From contig CM022677.1 of NCBI GenBank assembly GCA_012295275.1, positions 3,782,001 through 3,846,000 of the forward strand: a stretch of 64,000 bases of DNA, in the 5' to 3' direction. Both the position numbers and the translations under genes were made by a program. The notes below the pieces were generated by a model. It did not search any database and was not told the DNA's origin. It worked only from the letters and a program-made list of their open reading frames with translations. Below are positions 39,367 to 52,591 of the stretch, piece by piece; the stretch's first letter is position 1; every line of letters starts with the position of its first letter. This DNA comes from Chrysomallon squamiferum (taxonomy: Eukaryota > Animalia > Mollusca).

Positions 39367-40067
39367 ATGGGAAAAGTAACGTCTAAGAAACGGAAAGCAC
39401 AGGATGACGAGAGCCCTGAAAAGCCTCCAAAAGGGCGAAATATTTCCGAACGTGACCCTGGAGCAACATCACGTAGAGGACCAGGGACTTCAACATCACG
39501 GAAACGGAAAGCACAGGATGATGGGTGCCCGGAAAAGACTCCGAAATGGAAAAGATTTCCAAACGTAACCCTGTAAAACCCTGTAAAATGTGAAGAAAGA
39601 CCAGGGATGTCAACATCACCATCACCCAGCACTGCTGAATCAACACAACAGCCTGAATCAGATAAGTCACCTACTTGTTCTTTGTGTTCAGAAGAATTTT
39701 TAGATAAGTGTCATGCAGATTCGTGTTTACATGAGTTTTGTTTCATATGTTTGGAGAGGTGGTCTAGAAGCAGAAGAAATTTCCAGTTTGCTCTGCAAGA
39801 TTCACCGCCATCGTGTACAACTTAAGAGATGGAAACTGCGAGATATACACATTGCCACCTCTCAGAGTGAAAAGACTCAGAAGAGTCAGACGACATTCTC
39901 CAGCTGAGCCCATCAGTCGTATATTTACGTATATCAGTCGTATACTTACCTTTATTAGTCGTATATTTACGTATATGAGTCGTATATTTAGGTCTCTGTT
40001 GTGGAAAATCTTATTTGTTCTAATCGAATTTTGTCTTCTGATAGGTCGTTTACTAGGATATGCGTAA
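39367..40067 (+). pseudogene. Disrupted TOPORS/ICP0-type C3HC4 RING E3 ligase-like gene
   Basis: CSLC..CLHEFCFICLERWSRSRRN, then a 1-bp deletion at about 39781; restoring it gives (C)PVCSARFTAIVYN. In-frame TAA at 39574. N-terminal 114-bp duplicated KRK-containing unit. Confidence 0.75.
39912..39995 (+). repeat. 4 x 21-bp coding repeat (ISRIFTY-like heptads)
   Basis: ATCAGTCGTATATTTACGTAT and variants. Confidence 0.85.
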
Positions 40068-40699
40068 TATTAGAAACCTTACAACGTTACTCTACGTGTA
40101 TTGCTTTAACTTCAGCTGGCATCCTTCTGTCATTTTTTTATTTTATGATGATGATACAGTAATAGAGACAGACATTTATTGGTAAAATATTTATTTGAAG
40201 TTGGTTATATCTGCAGTGATAATAACATTCTGTCCCTTTTGCCCCAGCATATCAGTGCTATAGGAGATTGTGTTGATGATGTTGATGATGTTGACGTGAA
40301 GCTGGTTATGCTCCTTGCAGCTACATAACCCTTGAGAGGTGGGCTCAGGTTTGTGTTGTTTTTTAATTAATAAGTACTAACATGCAACCAAAATACTAAG
40401 AATTAACATGAATACTAACCATTAACCAGGTAGTAAACTTTATAGAGACATACACATACATCCATACAGACACATACGAATATCCATACAGACAGAACAC
40501 ACACAGATCTACACTAACATATATACAAACACATATACACTCACACACATCACATTTAACAAATACTAACCTTAACCAATTAGTTACAATTACTAATCAT
40601 TACCACATACTTATCTGAATACGTGTATAAACACAAACACACACACACACACACATCAAGACACACACATTCACATACACACATTATTTTACAATTCAA

Positions 40700-40948
40700 A
40701 CAAATTCTTACCATTAACCAAATACTAACATTTAACAAATACTAACCATTAACAAAATACTAACCATTATCCAAATACTAATTTTTGACAAATACTAACC
40801 ATTAACAAAATAGTAAAATTTAACCAAATACTAACCATTAAGCAAATACTAACATTTAACAAATATTTAGTAACATTTAGTAACTATTAACAAAATACTA
40901 ACCATTAACCAAATACTAACATTTAACAAATACTAACCATTACTAACA
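40700..40948. repeat. 17/18-bp minisatellite AAATACTAACCATTAACC
   Basis: More than 10 degenerate units; scattered copies from about 40370. Confidence 0.85.
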
Positions 40949-41348
40949 TCCCCTACGTGTACTGAACCTCACAGGGTGTAGCGGTGACAACATTTCCAAA
41001 GGGAATGGCTAATTAGTACATTAATATAATAACATTTAATTGGTTAGAGAGATAGACAGACTGATAAATAGATTTACCTACATAGGGTATTGCTACTTTT
41101 TCTAATTTTGAATACAGTGCTATTGCTTTGAAAGCCCTTTCTATATACAGACAGACAGACAGACCAACAGAGCATAGACAGAAGTGTATGTACTTAAGAA
41201 TAAGTTATGACATATAAATATTTCCCTCTGGCTTTCTTACTCTCTGTGTCACTCCCCAGATTACTCTAATTAGATGGATTATTTCATTTTACCAGATATT
41301 AATTGATAATTAAGTATTACAGGTTCTGTGATTAATGTGCTCTTTAAC

Positions 41349-41708
41349 ACAAACTGTTACAGACATCTTTGTATCTTATCATATTTACTTCGTATCGATA
41401 GATGACGACTATGCTTTCAGTGTAGATTTCCAGATTAATGTTCTCTTCATAAACAATACCAGAAATCACTAGTCTCTCATTAACAATTTATTGGTACCTC
41501 CAGTCATGCCTCCCTCCTAACTCCACAAACTGCTACAAACATCTTTGTATCTTATCATATTTACTTATTATCAATAGATGACTATGCTTTCTGTGTAGAC
41601 AGAGACTAGATTTTCAGATGAATGTTCTCTTCATAAACATACCAGAAATCACTAGTCTCTCATTAACGATTTATTGGTACCTCCAGTCATGCCTCCCTCC
41701 TAACTCCA
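41349..41708. repeat. Two-copy tandem duplication of about 180 bp
   Basis: ACAAACTG..CATCTTTGTATCTTATCATATTTAC...GCCTCCCTCCTAACTCC occurs twice. Confidence 0.9.
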
Positions 41709-44700
41709 TATATTTGTCATACAGTTTATAGATTAAGCCAACTTCCATCGATATATCACTCAATCCATGGACCTTCAATGCGGACCTTATTGGTTAAGAA
41801 TGTGACAATTTCTGAAAAGTAATTGAAAACCTTTATGTCCATAACTCCCTCCTATTTTCCATTTGTTACTTTCCCAATTCTTCTTTGCATCCATCCGTCC
41901 ATCTAATACATCATCCCTCCTTACTTTATTCCATGTTTCTATCTATCTATCTCCCTATGAATATAATTTGTTTTATTTCATCATCAATTTCTCTGACTAT
42001 TTCTAACATAGTTATTAGAAACAGACTTTAATGAAGAAATCAAATGATTTATATAATTATGTCTCATTCTCTGAAAAATCATACACGCATGGCATACTTC
42101 TCTGTTTCATACACAGGTCAATCAATACCTGTTCTCTCTGTAACACAGAAACACATGAAATAACACCTACATATCTCACTATCTATTCATAATCCAATAC
42201 ACACATAAACATAAAGTTATTCACACACTGAGTTATGTACCAATCCTCTAACATAAATACACATACTCATGATTATGAACCTATGTATCTGTGTATCTGT
42301 TTATGTTGTTTGTATATATATAGTTCATACTGGGTATGTGTTTGTGTGTGTGTCCACCCATCCATGTATATCTACCCTCTCTAACACACACATATATATA
42401 TACACATAAATCTATTCACTTATGTATTTAATCTATTATCTCTCTATCAGTGATCTGACTCTCTCAAAAATCCACAAAAAGCACACCATCTCTAACACGC
42501 ATTTATATACCCATTCTCTCTAACACATTCATATTTATACCCACACATACACATCAATTTATATGTTAGCTGTATGTATATATATATAATTATTGTCTAC
42601 CTAACATGTCAATCTATCTCTGAAACGATGTCTGACTATCCCTGTATCAGTCTATCTCACCTTCTCAGTTATACATAGCACAAGTATATATTGAACAAAC
42701 ACACACACACACACGTACATATACACTCTCTCTATTTACATCCTTTTTAAATATTTAAATACTTTTTTCTATCTAGTTATCTATCTATAAATATATCTAT
42801 TTATCTGTCTATTTATGCCATATACATAAGCAACAGAGTCAGTCGTTCTTACAGATGTGCAGTATAAACTCATGGCTCCTTACATCTATCTATCTTTCTA
42901 TAATCTGTCTTTCTTCTGTCTATCAGTTTACCTGTCTGTTATCATCTACCATCTATCCACCTTTTTTACACACACACACACACACACATATGTAGTTACT
43001 TATCCTTTTATATACATATACATACTAATTATCTTCTAAACATACACATACATTATTATTCCTATACACGTGTGTATGTATGTATATATGTATATATGTA
43101 TGTATGTATGAGTGTATATCTATATGGATAAATCCATCTCTCCAACCAGCGTCATTTTATTTTATTTTATTTCAATTATTTAATTTATTTTCATTAATTT
43201 ACTTATTTTTTAAATTGTTTTATTATTATTTTTTATTTTTTTTATAATAATATGTGAAAAAAAAATAGTACGAAATGGCTACGAGATGGTATATTACGTC
43301 AACGTTACAAAAAAAAAAAAAGAGAGAAAAAAGAGAACAAAAGAATAAATAAAGAAATGTTACCACCTTTTCAGCAATTACTCTACAGTTTTAGCCATCT
43401 ATGTATAAGAGGCATTGGTTATATGACATACTTCTCCAAATTACTTTTAATGATTCATGTAGAATTATTGCATTTTAAAGGACAACAGCTTTAAAAGTTT
43501 GTAAACACTGATCGGCGTCCGATGCAGCCATATTGGATTTTGATCGGAAGTTTCCGTGAGTTCTCGGAAGTTTGTAAACTTCAAAATTCAATTATTTTAC
43601 GTCTACTTTCTGAACTTTTTATGATTTACACAGATAAAGAATAAACCGGCGCCTTTCCTAACTACTTTTTCAACTAAAATAAATGAAATAAATAAATAAA
43701 GTAAATAAATAAAATTAAATGAAAAACAATAAATGAACTAGCAATTTTACAATAATTCATTAAAAAATAATATCATGTTAAATAAACAAAAAATACAGGA
43801 AACTGGTTTGTTAAAAGGCAAAGAAAACGCAGGAAATGTTAATAAGCTGCTTCTGTCTGCTACAAAACATTATACAGCATTGGTTATTTTCATCTAAAAG
43901 CAACACATCTAATTTACCGTCACCTCGCTTATGCGAGGAGTAATCTATTTCATAAGTTCGTGGTCTAAGCTAAACAACTCTATTTAACACGCACGTTGGT
44001 AAATATACAAAAAAGACTGAGTGTTGAGTAAAATCAAAAAAAAGAAAAGAAAAAGAGAATTCAAGTCGCCTGAATATAGATCATTTACTGAATTTACTAA
44101 ATTCACTAAAATTATTTTATTAAAAACTAGTAGAATAAGTTGGGGTGATTCTGGCCCCCGAGGTATATTATGACTTGCAGCCGCTATACTGCATTTTGAG
44201 GTTTCAAAACATAAGGTTAGCGAACAGGTAAACAGATAATCAGGTAATTGACATTAAGTTCAGCAGAAGAAACTTGATTAATATGTGATAATTAGGCAAG
44301 AAATATGCGTTTTATTTTACTCCACCACTTGGGGCAATACTGGCCCCTATGGATGGGGTAAATTTGGCCCCCATATTTGGTGGTAAAAAATCAATAGTTT
44401 TGGCATTGAAAAATATCTTAAATTTAGTACAGACAAGTTATCGAGAAATAAGTAGAGACAGACAAATATAGAAAGGCTGATACATGGGATAGACAGATGT
44501 AGTTAGACAAGAGACACTATAAGAGGGACAGATGTGATCTAGGTAAAGGTAGAGAGAGGTAGAGCCAAATGATAGAGAAGATAACAGGTAGGAAGGCTGA
44601 GACATGGGACAGACATAGAGAGACAGAAACACATAATCAAGATATAACTAAAGAGATAGATAGAGAAAGTCATGGGATAGAGATATAGGTGTAGAGAGTG

Positions 44701-45094
44701 ATGTAGACAAGTGGCAGAGATGTAGGTGGAGAGACAGAAAAAAGTGAAGATATGTAGAGAGTGATATAGACAAGTGATAGAGATATAGCGAAAGGGGAAA
44801 GTGACGGAGATAGGTGGAGAGACACAGACAGGTAATTGACATTTAGGCAGAGAGTGATTTGGGATACAGGTATGTGTAGAGAGACATAGAAATGACACAT
44901 TTATCAGAAGAGAGACATAGAAGTGATAAAGGCAGAGAGAGAAACAAGTCATAGAGAGATATTCACTATATAGATGAATTGATGATGAATGATAAAGAGA
45001 CAGGTTGATAGATAGACAGACAGGTGGACAGATAGATAGTGAAAAACATGGTTACATAGATTGTAGATGTTATAATAAGGCTGACTGGTTAGAC

Positions 45095-47660
45095 CAGTGT
45101 TTCTCAACCTTTTTTTACTCACGACATACCTACGAGCGCATGAAACTGTCGCGACACAGTAATAATTTTGAATAATTTTAAATATGAAATCGTAAAATAA
45201 ATTAAAAAATACATATATGGACTTGTCTGATACAGTTTATTATGTTAGTATCCCAGAATTGCCACTTACCTAGGGTGAAACTTGTGCCTGGTGTTGCTTA
45301 TGACTTCTTGAATATTTGGTCGTAGGTGCGATAAGCAAACTCTCATTTCTTCTTCAGTGGAACATAGTCTTTCTCTCTTCTTGTTTTTTATATTATTTAA
45401 GGTTGAAAAGCCCAATTCACACAAATAAGAAGTAGAGAATTGTAAAAGAACAGGGCTTTTTCAGCTAATGCGGGAAATTCCTTTTGTATTGAAATCCAAA
45501 ATGTGTCGATATCTACCTCAGAATGCTTTATTTTAAGACTGCGGTCACTTGAAATGGTAGCCAATTCTTCTTCTTCGCATAATTTAAACCCAATATTAGA
45601 AGGAACATCTACAAAAGGATTACGAACCCAGTCGTACTTTTCAGTGTTCAGCGACGGAAAGTAGTGGTCGATGTTTTCTTCGAGCGCTGTCAGATGCTCA
45701 ACCACGATAGGGATCATTTCTTTAGTGCAGTTAGTACGCATTGTAGGAAACATATCAAACTCACACAACTTTGCTCTGTTTTTCCAAATAACAATTTTCT
45801 TTTTAAGGGCAACCAATTTATCTGTTGAAGTTAGAATATTTTCGTTTCGACCTTGCATACTGTTCACAATATTAAGTTGACCAAACATTTCCGTTAAATA
45901 TTCCATTTTGGCCATCCAAAATTCACATCGAAGATATTTACCAAATCTTTCGTGCTTTTCTTTATCAAAAAATACAATTAATTCCTTCTGTAATTCATGA
46001 ACGCGAGTTAACACTTTACCTTTTGACAGCCTTCGAACGTCGGTATGCATGAGTAAGCGAACATGTTGAGAATTGACAATTTCAACTACTTGATGTAAAC
46101 TTGCTTCAAATCTTCTTGTGATACTTTTGAAACCAAAACTTCTCTATGTAAAAAGCAATGAGTACGAACAAGATTTGGATTTTCTTTCTGTGCTAGTGAT
46201 GCAAAACCTTTAATGCAGCCTACCATACATGGTGCACCATCAGTACAAATACCAACACAAAACTTCCACGTCAAATTCATTTTTTTATGATAGCCAGTTA
46301 TCATATCAAAAATATCTTGACCTCTAGTAGTTGTTGGCATTTCTTTACAACACAAAAATTGACTGATTATTTCATCATCATTAATGAAACGAACAAATAC
46401 AAGCAATTGAACACTGTTACTGATATCGGTCGATTCATCAACTATTAAAGCAAATTCAGATCCTTCAAGTTTTTTCTGAACATTAGTTTCAATGTTTTCA
46501 GATAAATCTACAATTCTCCTGTGTATTGTATCATTTGAAAGCGGAATTTTACTAATTTCTTTTTCAGCTGTTTCGCCTAACATGGCTTTCACCATCTTTA
46601 TACAAGCGGGAAGGATAACTGACTCAGCAAGAGTGTGGGATTTGGATTTCATTGCTATTATTTCAGCTACCTCAAGTGAAGCGAGTTGAGCCCGTTCAGA
46701 CACGGTCATTGTTTTCTGAAAAACATTGCGTTGTTTTGATTGCTGTTGTAACAGTCTTTGAAAATAATTCAGATCTTTATCTTGTACGTAGGAATGTTTA
46801 GTCGTGAAATGTCTTTGTAATTTATTTGGTATCATGGATTCATTGGCCATTTTTTCACCACAAACTATACATAATGGACATGGTTGAGCAACATCTCCTG
46901 ACCAAGAAAATCCAAACTTCAAATAATCATCACAATACCGTCTATTATGGTGAACTTTTGCCTTTTTTGTGCTGGATTTTGTGGGCTTCATTGTATGTTC
47001 TGTTTCAACCTCACACCCGTCACTAACATCCTTCCTTTTAACACATTTATCCATTGTGAGGGGGTATTCATAAGCAATTAACACGCGCGTACTCTAACCA
47101 ACAACAGTAAACAACAGGCAGCATTAAACTAGTTATGATTAGTCACAAGCTAATTTAGTTTAAATTCATCTGTAATTTAGAGGTCAAAATTGAGTGTGCA
47201 GTACGATTGAGTTCGATGTAAGTAAATAGTAAACACTGTTAACTGAACAGATTTGCCGTGACGACAGATTTGCATTTGCAAAGTCTGTTCTAACTAGCAT
47301 AATTTCTTAACTAAATACACCTAGTTAGTTACCTCTCTTTACTAATAAGTGTTTAAGAATGACAATAATTTAAAACACAGCGAAGTTAATTCGGCAATCG
47401 GCATTACGCACGCGCACACACAACCTATCACACTGACGTCTCATGGGCAACTGATCGACCTTGAGCGAAAGGTGCAAAGGTTGATCGGTGGACTTTGAAT
47501 GTGTGCATATTCACTGGAGAAAGGAAGTTCCTTCCTCCAAGGCATATTAGTAGAACATGAAACGGAGATTTATGCACATTGTCCGTGTTTTCAGGTGTTC
47601 GTCACAAAGTTTCACGACACACCTGAGGGAGCCTCGCGACACGGCGGTTGAGAATCACTG
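45095..47660 (-). mobile_element. hAT Buster/Charlie-type DNA transposon, defective
   Basis: 15-bp TIRs CAGTGTTTCTCAACC / GGTTGAGAATCACTG (14/15 match); flanks GGTTAGAC and CCGTAGAC with central TA typical of Buster targets; internal transposase. Confidence 0.92.
45270..47054 (-). pseudogene. Buster-type (ZBED5/ZBED8/SCAND3-like) transposase pseudogene
   Basis: BED finger [52 protein letters not shown]. Frameshift near 46100, in-frame deletion after IVN, VRWLS motif reads VRRLS, further frameshifts near the C-terminus. Confidence 0.9.
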
Positions 47661-47689
47661 CCGTAGACGATCGCTTTAACGAACCGAGG

Positions 47690-47743
47690 TCTATTTATCT
47701 TTGTTGTTCTTATTGCGTGCGCTAAATAACGGTGACGATGGCG

Positions 47744-47791
<48 letters not shown>

Positions 47792-47894
47792 GAAAAAAAT
47801 AGTAAATAAAATAAAATATGTAAAACTTAAAATAAAAATATGACAAAAAAAACCAAATAAGATAAAAAATGAAAAAAATAAAAAGAAAGAAAAA

Positions 47895-47948
<54 letters not shown>

Positions 47949-48073
47949 AATTAAAAAAAAAAAATAAAGCGCTGGCAGTATTCGATCTTGTTGTTCTTCT
48001 TCTACTCAAAGAAAGAAAGAAAAAGAAAGCGCCATGCGTGTGTGTGTCTGTGCATCTACGGTACTGTACTATA

Positions 48074-48144
<71 letters not shown>

Positions 48145-48261
48145 TAATAAATGAAAAAAAGAATAAATAAAATAAAATCTGTAAAACTTAAAATAGAAAC
48201 ATGACAAAAAAAAAAAATAAGATAAAAACATGAGGAAAAAAAAATAAAAAGAAAGAAAAAG

Positions 48262-48297
<36 letters not shown>

Positions 48298-48452
48298 ATA
48301 AAAGAAAAGAAAAAGAAAGAAATAAAAAAATAAAAATAAAGCGCTGGAAGTATTCGATCTTCTTGTTCTTCTTCTACTCAAAGAAAGAAAGAAAGAAAGA
48401 AAGCGCCATGCGTGTGTGTGTGTGTCTGTGCATCTACGACACTGTACTATAC

Positions 48453-48506
<54 letters not shown>

Positions 48507-48755
48507 TAGTAGTAGTAGTAGTAGTAGCGGTAATGATAATAATAGAAAGGTTTCGTACTTATCCTGTGTTCACGAGTCATTTTGCACGAAATGTTGTTGG
48601 TGGTGGTGGTAGTGGTGCTGCTGCTGTTGTTGTTGTTGTTGTGAACAGCATTTCGTCTTTCGTGGTAATGGACTGTAAAGTGTCACTGTCAATAATTTTT
48701 TTATTTTTTTATTTTTTTATTCTTTTTTTATTCTTAATTTTTGTGCAGTCTTTAA
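47690..48755. repeat. Composite low-complexity repeat unit (2 tandem copies here, third copy at about 51110-51819)
   Basis: Shared AATAAAGCGCTGG(C/A)AGTATTCGATCTT...GCGCCATGCGTGTG..CATCTACG and downstream GAAAGGTTTCGTACTTATCCTGTGTTCACGAG blocks. Confidence 0.85.
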
Positions 48756-50065
48756 GGCGAAATTGACATCGGTAGCGAGTACCGAGACCCAGTTTTCTAA
48801 CGTTCATCTCACCGTTGCCATGGGAACCGATCTCAGCTCAGCTCCGTTCGGCTACACTCGGGTAGGGTCGGGTCGGGTCAGGTCGGGTGGTCAGGTCGGG
48901 TCGGGTCGACTGCATTCCACTCGGCGGACGAGAGAAAAAGAAAAAAGCCATTTACTTACCATATATACTTGTGTACAAGGCGACCTTATGTATAACTCGA
49001 TGTGTATTTTAAGACCAAAAATTGCGTCATTTTAGGTATTACTTGTGTATAAGTCGACTGTAGATTCCAGGCACCGTCACTATTTTTAGACCAGTGTGAC
49101 AGTGCCACGAAGGCCTACATTGTACGCCTACTGTAACATAACTTGCACGAACATACCATAATAACGTAAATGCATGTATTACACGAGCTATAGACTAAAG
49201 TATCATAAATAGTATTTCTTTAATGTAATAGTTCTAACATGGAGACCTAACTTACCGTTATATTTAGCCGTTCTATGATTTACAAAATTTGTCGGTAGTG
49301 GACATTAATGACGATTGCAATATTATTTCACCAAATTCTTTTACAATTAAACAAGTGAGTTTTGTTTATGAAATTAGGACCGATATTTAGTGCAATTTGG
49401 CAGAGAAGTCTGCATTCCTAGATCACTTCAAGACGCCGTAAGGCATAACGCCGTACTGACGGTTTTCTCGCTTTAAAATGTATTTTTATGTCATTAAACG
49501 GAAGAATATCAGGTTTTACATTCATATTTGGTTTTGTTATTTAATTTTTCAAATTTTTTTATACGATAAAATTATATTTTTGAAAAGCTGAAAGACCGCG
49601 ATTATTTTAGATGCATCCCGTAGCAAAAAATAGTCAAAATGGCGACTCTTCAGCAACAGCTACAAAAGCATTACCTATGTATAAGTCGACCCCAAAAATA
49701 TTACCTTAATATAGTCTCCAAAAAATTCGACTTATACACAAGTATATACGGTACTTATTTTCTAAATGACTAAAAAAAAAAAAAAAAAAAAAAAAGGAAA
49801 CATTGAAACTGAAATGCATTAATAATCGCGCCGTCCTGATGTGCCAATTCAGTTTTACATTGGAAGACACCTTTTTCAAACCGACGGACGCACGCACGCA
49901 CGCGCACACACACACATACAATACAATACAATACATACATACATACTTACGCACGCACGCACGCACGCACGGTCGCACAAAGATAAACACACGGTTCCCA
50001 TGGCAGCGCTGAGATGAATGTTTGAAAACTGGGTCCCGGTACTCGCTACCGATGACAATTCCACC
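48756..50065. mobile_element. Non-autonomous TTAA-flanked TIR element (Kolobok-like), copy 1
   Basis: About 74-bp imperfect TIRs (48756-48829 / 49992-50065) starting GG, with TTAA on both sides. Confidence 0.82.
48959..49751. mobile_element. pogo/Tigger-like (Tc1-mariner superfamily) MITE nested in Kolobok-like copy 1
   Basis: TIRs CCATATATACTTGTGTACAAGGCGA / TCGACTTATACACAAGTATATACGG; TA on both sides; internal TGTATAAGTCGAC repeats. Confidence 0.85.
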
Positions 50066-51552
50066 TTAACAGACACACACACAGACACACGCACAAACAC
50101 ACACACACACACACACACACACATATGCAGGCGCGAGCTGAAATAACATACGTACACACACAATCAGATATACACAACACGGTCACTCCAAAACAAAATA
50201 ATAATAATAAATAAACAAAGAAAAAACGAAAAAAAGAAAAGAAATATAAATAAAGAAATAAAGAAATAAATATTAAGAAAAAAAAATAATTTAAAAAATA
50301 TATATATATATATATGACGAGAGAAAAGGAAAAAAGACATCGGGTTTCATCCGTCCACTGTCACCGCCTTCATTTCCTTACTCGGCTTATCTCCCTCTAA
50401 TAATTCTCGTTTCGTGTAGTCGTCGAAATTACCAGAGAAAAATAATCTCTAAATTCGATGCAAAGTTGCCGCCACGTTTGTGTGCTTGATTCCAAAAATC
50501 ATTCTATACGGAATTAGTTTGAACTTGGTTCTGCCGAAAAGTTGTTGTTTTTTTGTCCAAAACGTTTAATAAATGAATTAGTTTTGCTGCAGTGAAAAAT
50601 ACTAATGGAAGACTGAGTCCACGGTACCGACGCACACTAGGCACACTGTCGTCTGTGGAGTGGGTTCAATCTTCCATTCGTAAAGATGTTTTCTGACTAA
50701 CTGCTGCAACAACAACAACAACGTGTCGGATCATTTCATAAATTAAATCGTAATCGTCGTTATTTTCAATTAAGACAGAATGTAATAATATTTAATGTCT
50801 GCCACACATTTTTACAAATTTATGGTTTCAGAAAACAACCTGGTCAATTTATTTTTTAATTTTAATTTTTTATTTTTTATTTATTTTTTTCGTTATATTC
50901 ATTCGAAACAATAAATGAATACAAATGACAACAACAATACAAACATGCACGAATATATATTATATCATAAAACAAGCAGAAACAGCCTGAACATAAAATA
51001 ATGAAATTCAAAGAAAAATTGTAAATGGGTAAAAGAAAAATGAGAAGAAAAAAAAAAAAAAAAAAAAAAGAAAAAAAAAACAAGAAAAAAAAAAAGACGA
51101 ACCGACGTCTCTTTATCTTCGTTCTTCTTATAACGACAACGAATAACGACAACGATAACGATGGTAATAATAACACTAATAATAATAATAATAATAATAA
51201 TAATTATAATAATAAATGAAAAAAGAATAAATAAAATAAAATATGTAAAACTTAAAATAAAAACATGACAAAAAAATAAAAAATAAGATAAAAACCTGAG
51301 GAAAAAAAAGAAAAAAGAAAAAGAAAGAAAAAGAATTAAAAAAATATAAAAAAAGAAAAAAAGAAAAAAAATAATAAAAAAAAAGAAAAGAAAAATAAAG
51401 AAATAAAAAAAAAACAATAAAGCGCTGGCAGTATTCGATCTTCTTGTTCTTCTTCTATTCAAAGAAAGAAAGAAAGAAAGAAAGCGCCATGCGTGTGTGT
51501 GTGTGTGTGTGTGTCTGTGCATCTACGGTATAATAATAATAATAATAATAAC

Positions 51553-51588
<36 letters not shown>

Positions 51589-51819
51589 CGGTAATGATAA
51601 TAATAGAAAGGTTTCGTACTTATCCTGTGTTCACGAGTCATTTTGCACGAAATTAGCATTATTGCTGTTGTTGTTGGTGGTGGTGGTCGTCGTGGTGGTG
51701 CTGCTGCTGTTGTTGTTGTTGTTGTGAACAGCATTTCGTCTTTCGTGGTGATGGACTGTAAAGTGTCACTGTCAATAATTTTTTATTTTTTTTATTCTTA
51801 ATTTTTGTGCAGTGTTTAA

Positions 51820-52407
51820 GGCGAAATTGACATCGGTAGCGAGTACCGAGACCCAGTTTTCTAACGTTCATCTCACCGTTGCCATGGAACCGATCTCAGC
51901 TCAGCACCGTTCTGCTTCACTCGGGTAGGGTCGGGTCGGGTCAGGTCGGGTCGGGTCGACTGCACTCCACTCGGCAGACGAGAGAAAAAAAAAAGCCGTC
52001 GGGCTTCATCCGTCCACTGTCAATTATTATTGTTGTTGTTGTTGTTTTAATTATTATTATAATTATTCATCCGTCCACTGTCATTTATTATTGTTGTTGT
52101 TGTTGTTATTATTATTGTTGCTGCTGCTGTTGCTGTTGTTTTTATTATCATTATCATCATCATTATTATTATTATTGTTGTGCCAATTCAGTTTTACATT
52201 GGAAGACACCTTTTCAAACCGACGCACGCACGCGCACACACACACACACATACAATACAATAGAATACATATTTATTTACATACATACTTACGCACGCAC
52301 GCACGCAGACACGGTCGCACAAACATAAACACACGGTTCCCATGGCAGCGATGAGATGAATGTTTGAAACCTGGGTCCCGGTACTCGCTACCGATGACAA
52401 TTTCACC
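51820..52407. mobile_element. Non-autonomous TTAA-flanked TIR element (Kolobok-like), copy 2
   Basis: Same TIRs (GGCGAAATTGACATCGGTAGCGAGTACC / GGTACTCGCTACCGATGACAATTTCACC) with TTAA flanks; lacks the nested MITE. Confidence 0.82.
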
Positions 52408-52556
52408 TTAAGCAGTGCACACACACACACACACACACATACACACACACACACACACATAAACACACACATACACACACACACAAATACAAACACACAC
52501 ACTCACAAAGAAAAAAAACATAAAAGAGAGAAAAAAAGAATAAATAAACACATTAA

Positions 52557-52591
<35 letters not shown>

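Noticed and set aside
44139-44375. Three GGGG..TGGCCCC motifs resembling a DNA-transposon subterminal region
   Set aside because: No matching opposite end or TSD found in the window.
44438-45060. Minus-strand ORFs in a GA-rich tract
   Set aside because: Degenerate purine-rich low-complexity sequence.
48756-52407. piggyBac assignment for the TTAA-flanked elements
   Set aside because: Termini begin GG rather than the CC(C) typical of piggyBac; Kolobok-like fits better, though unconfirmed.
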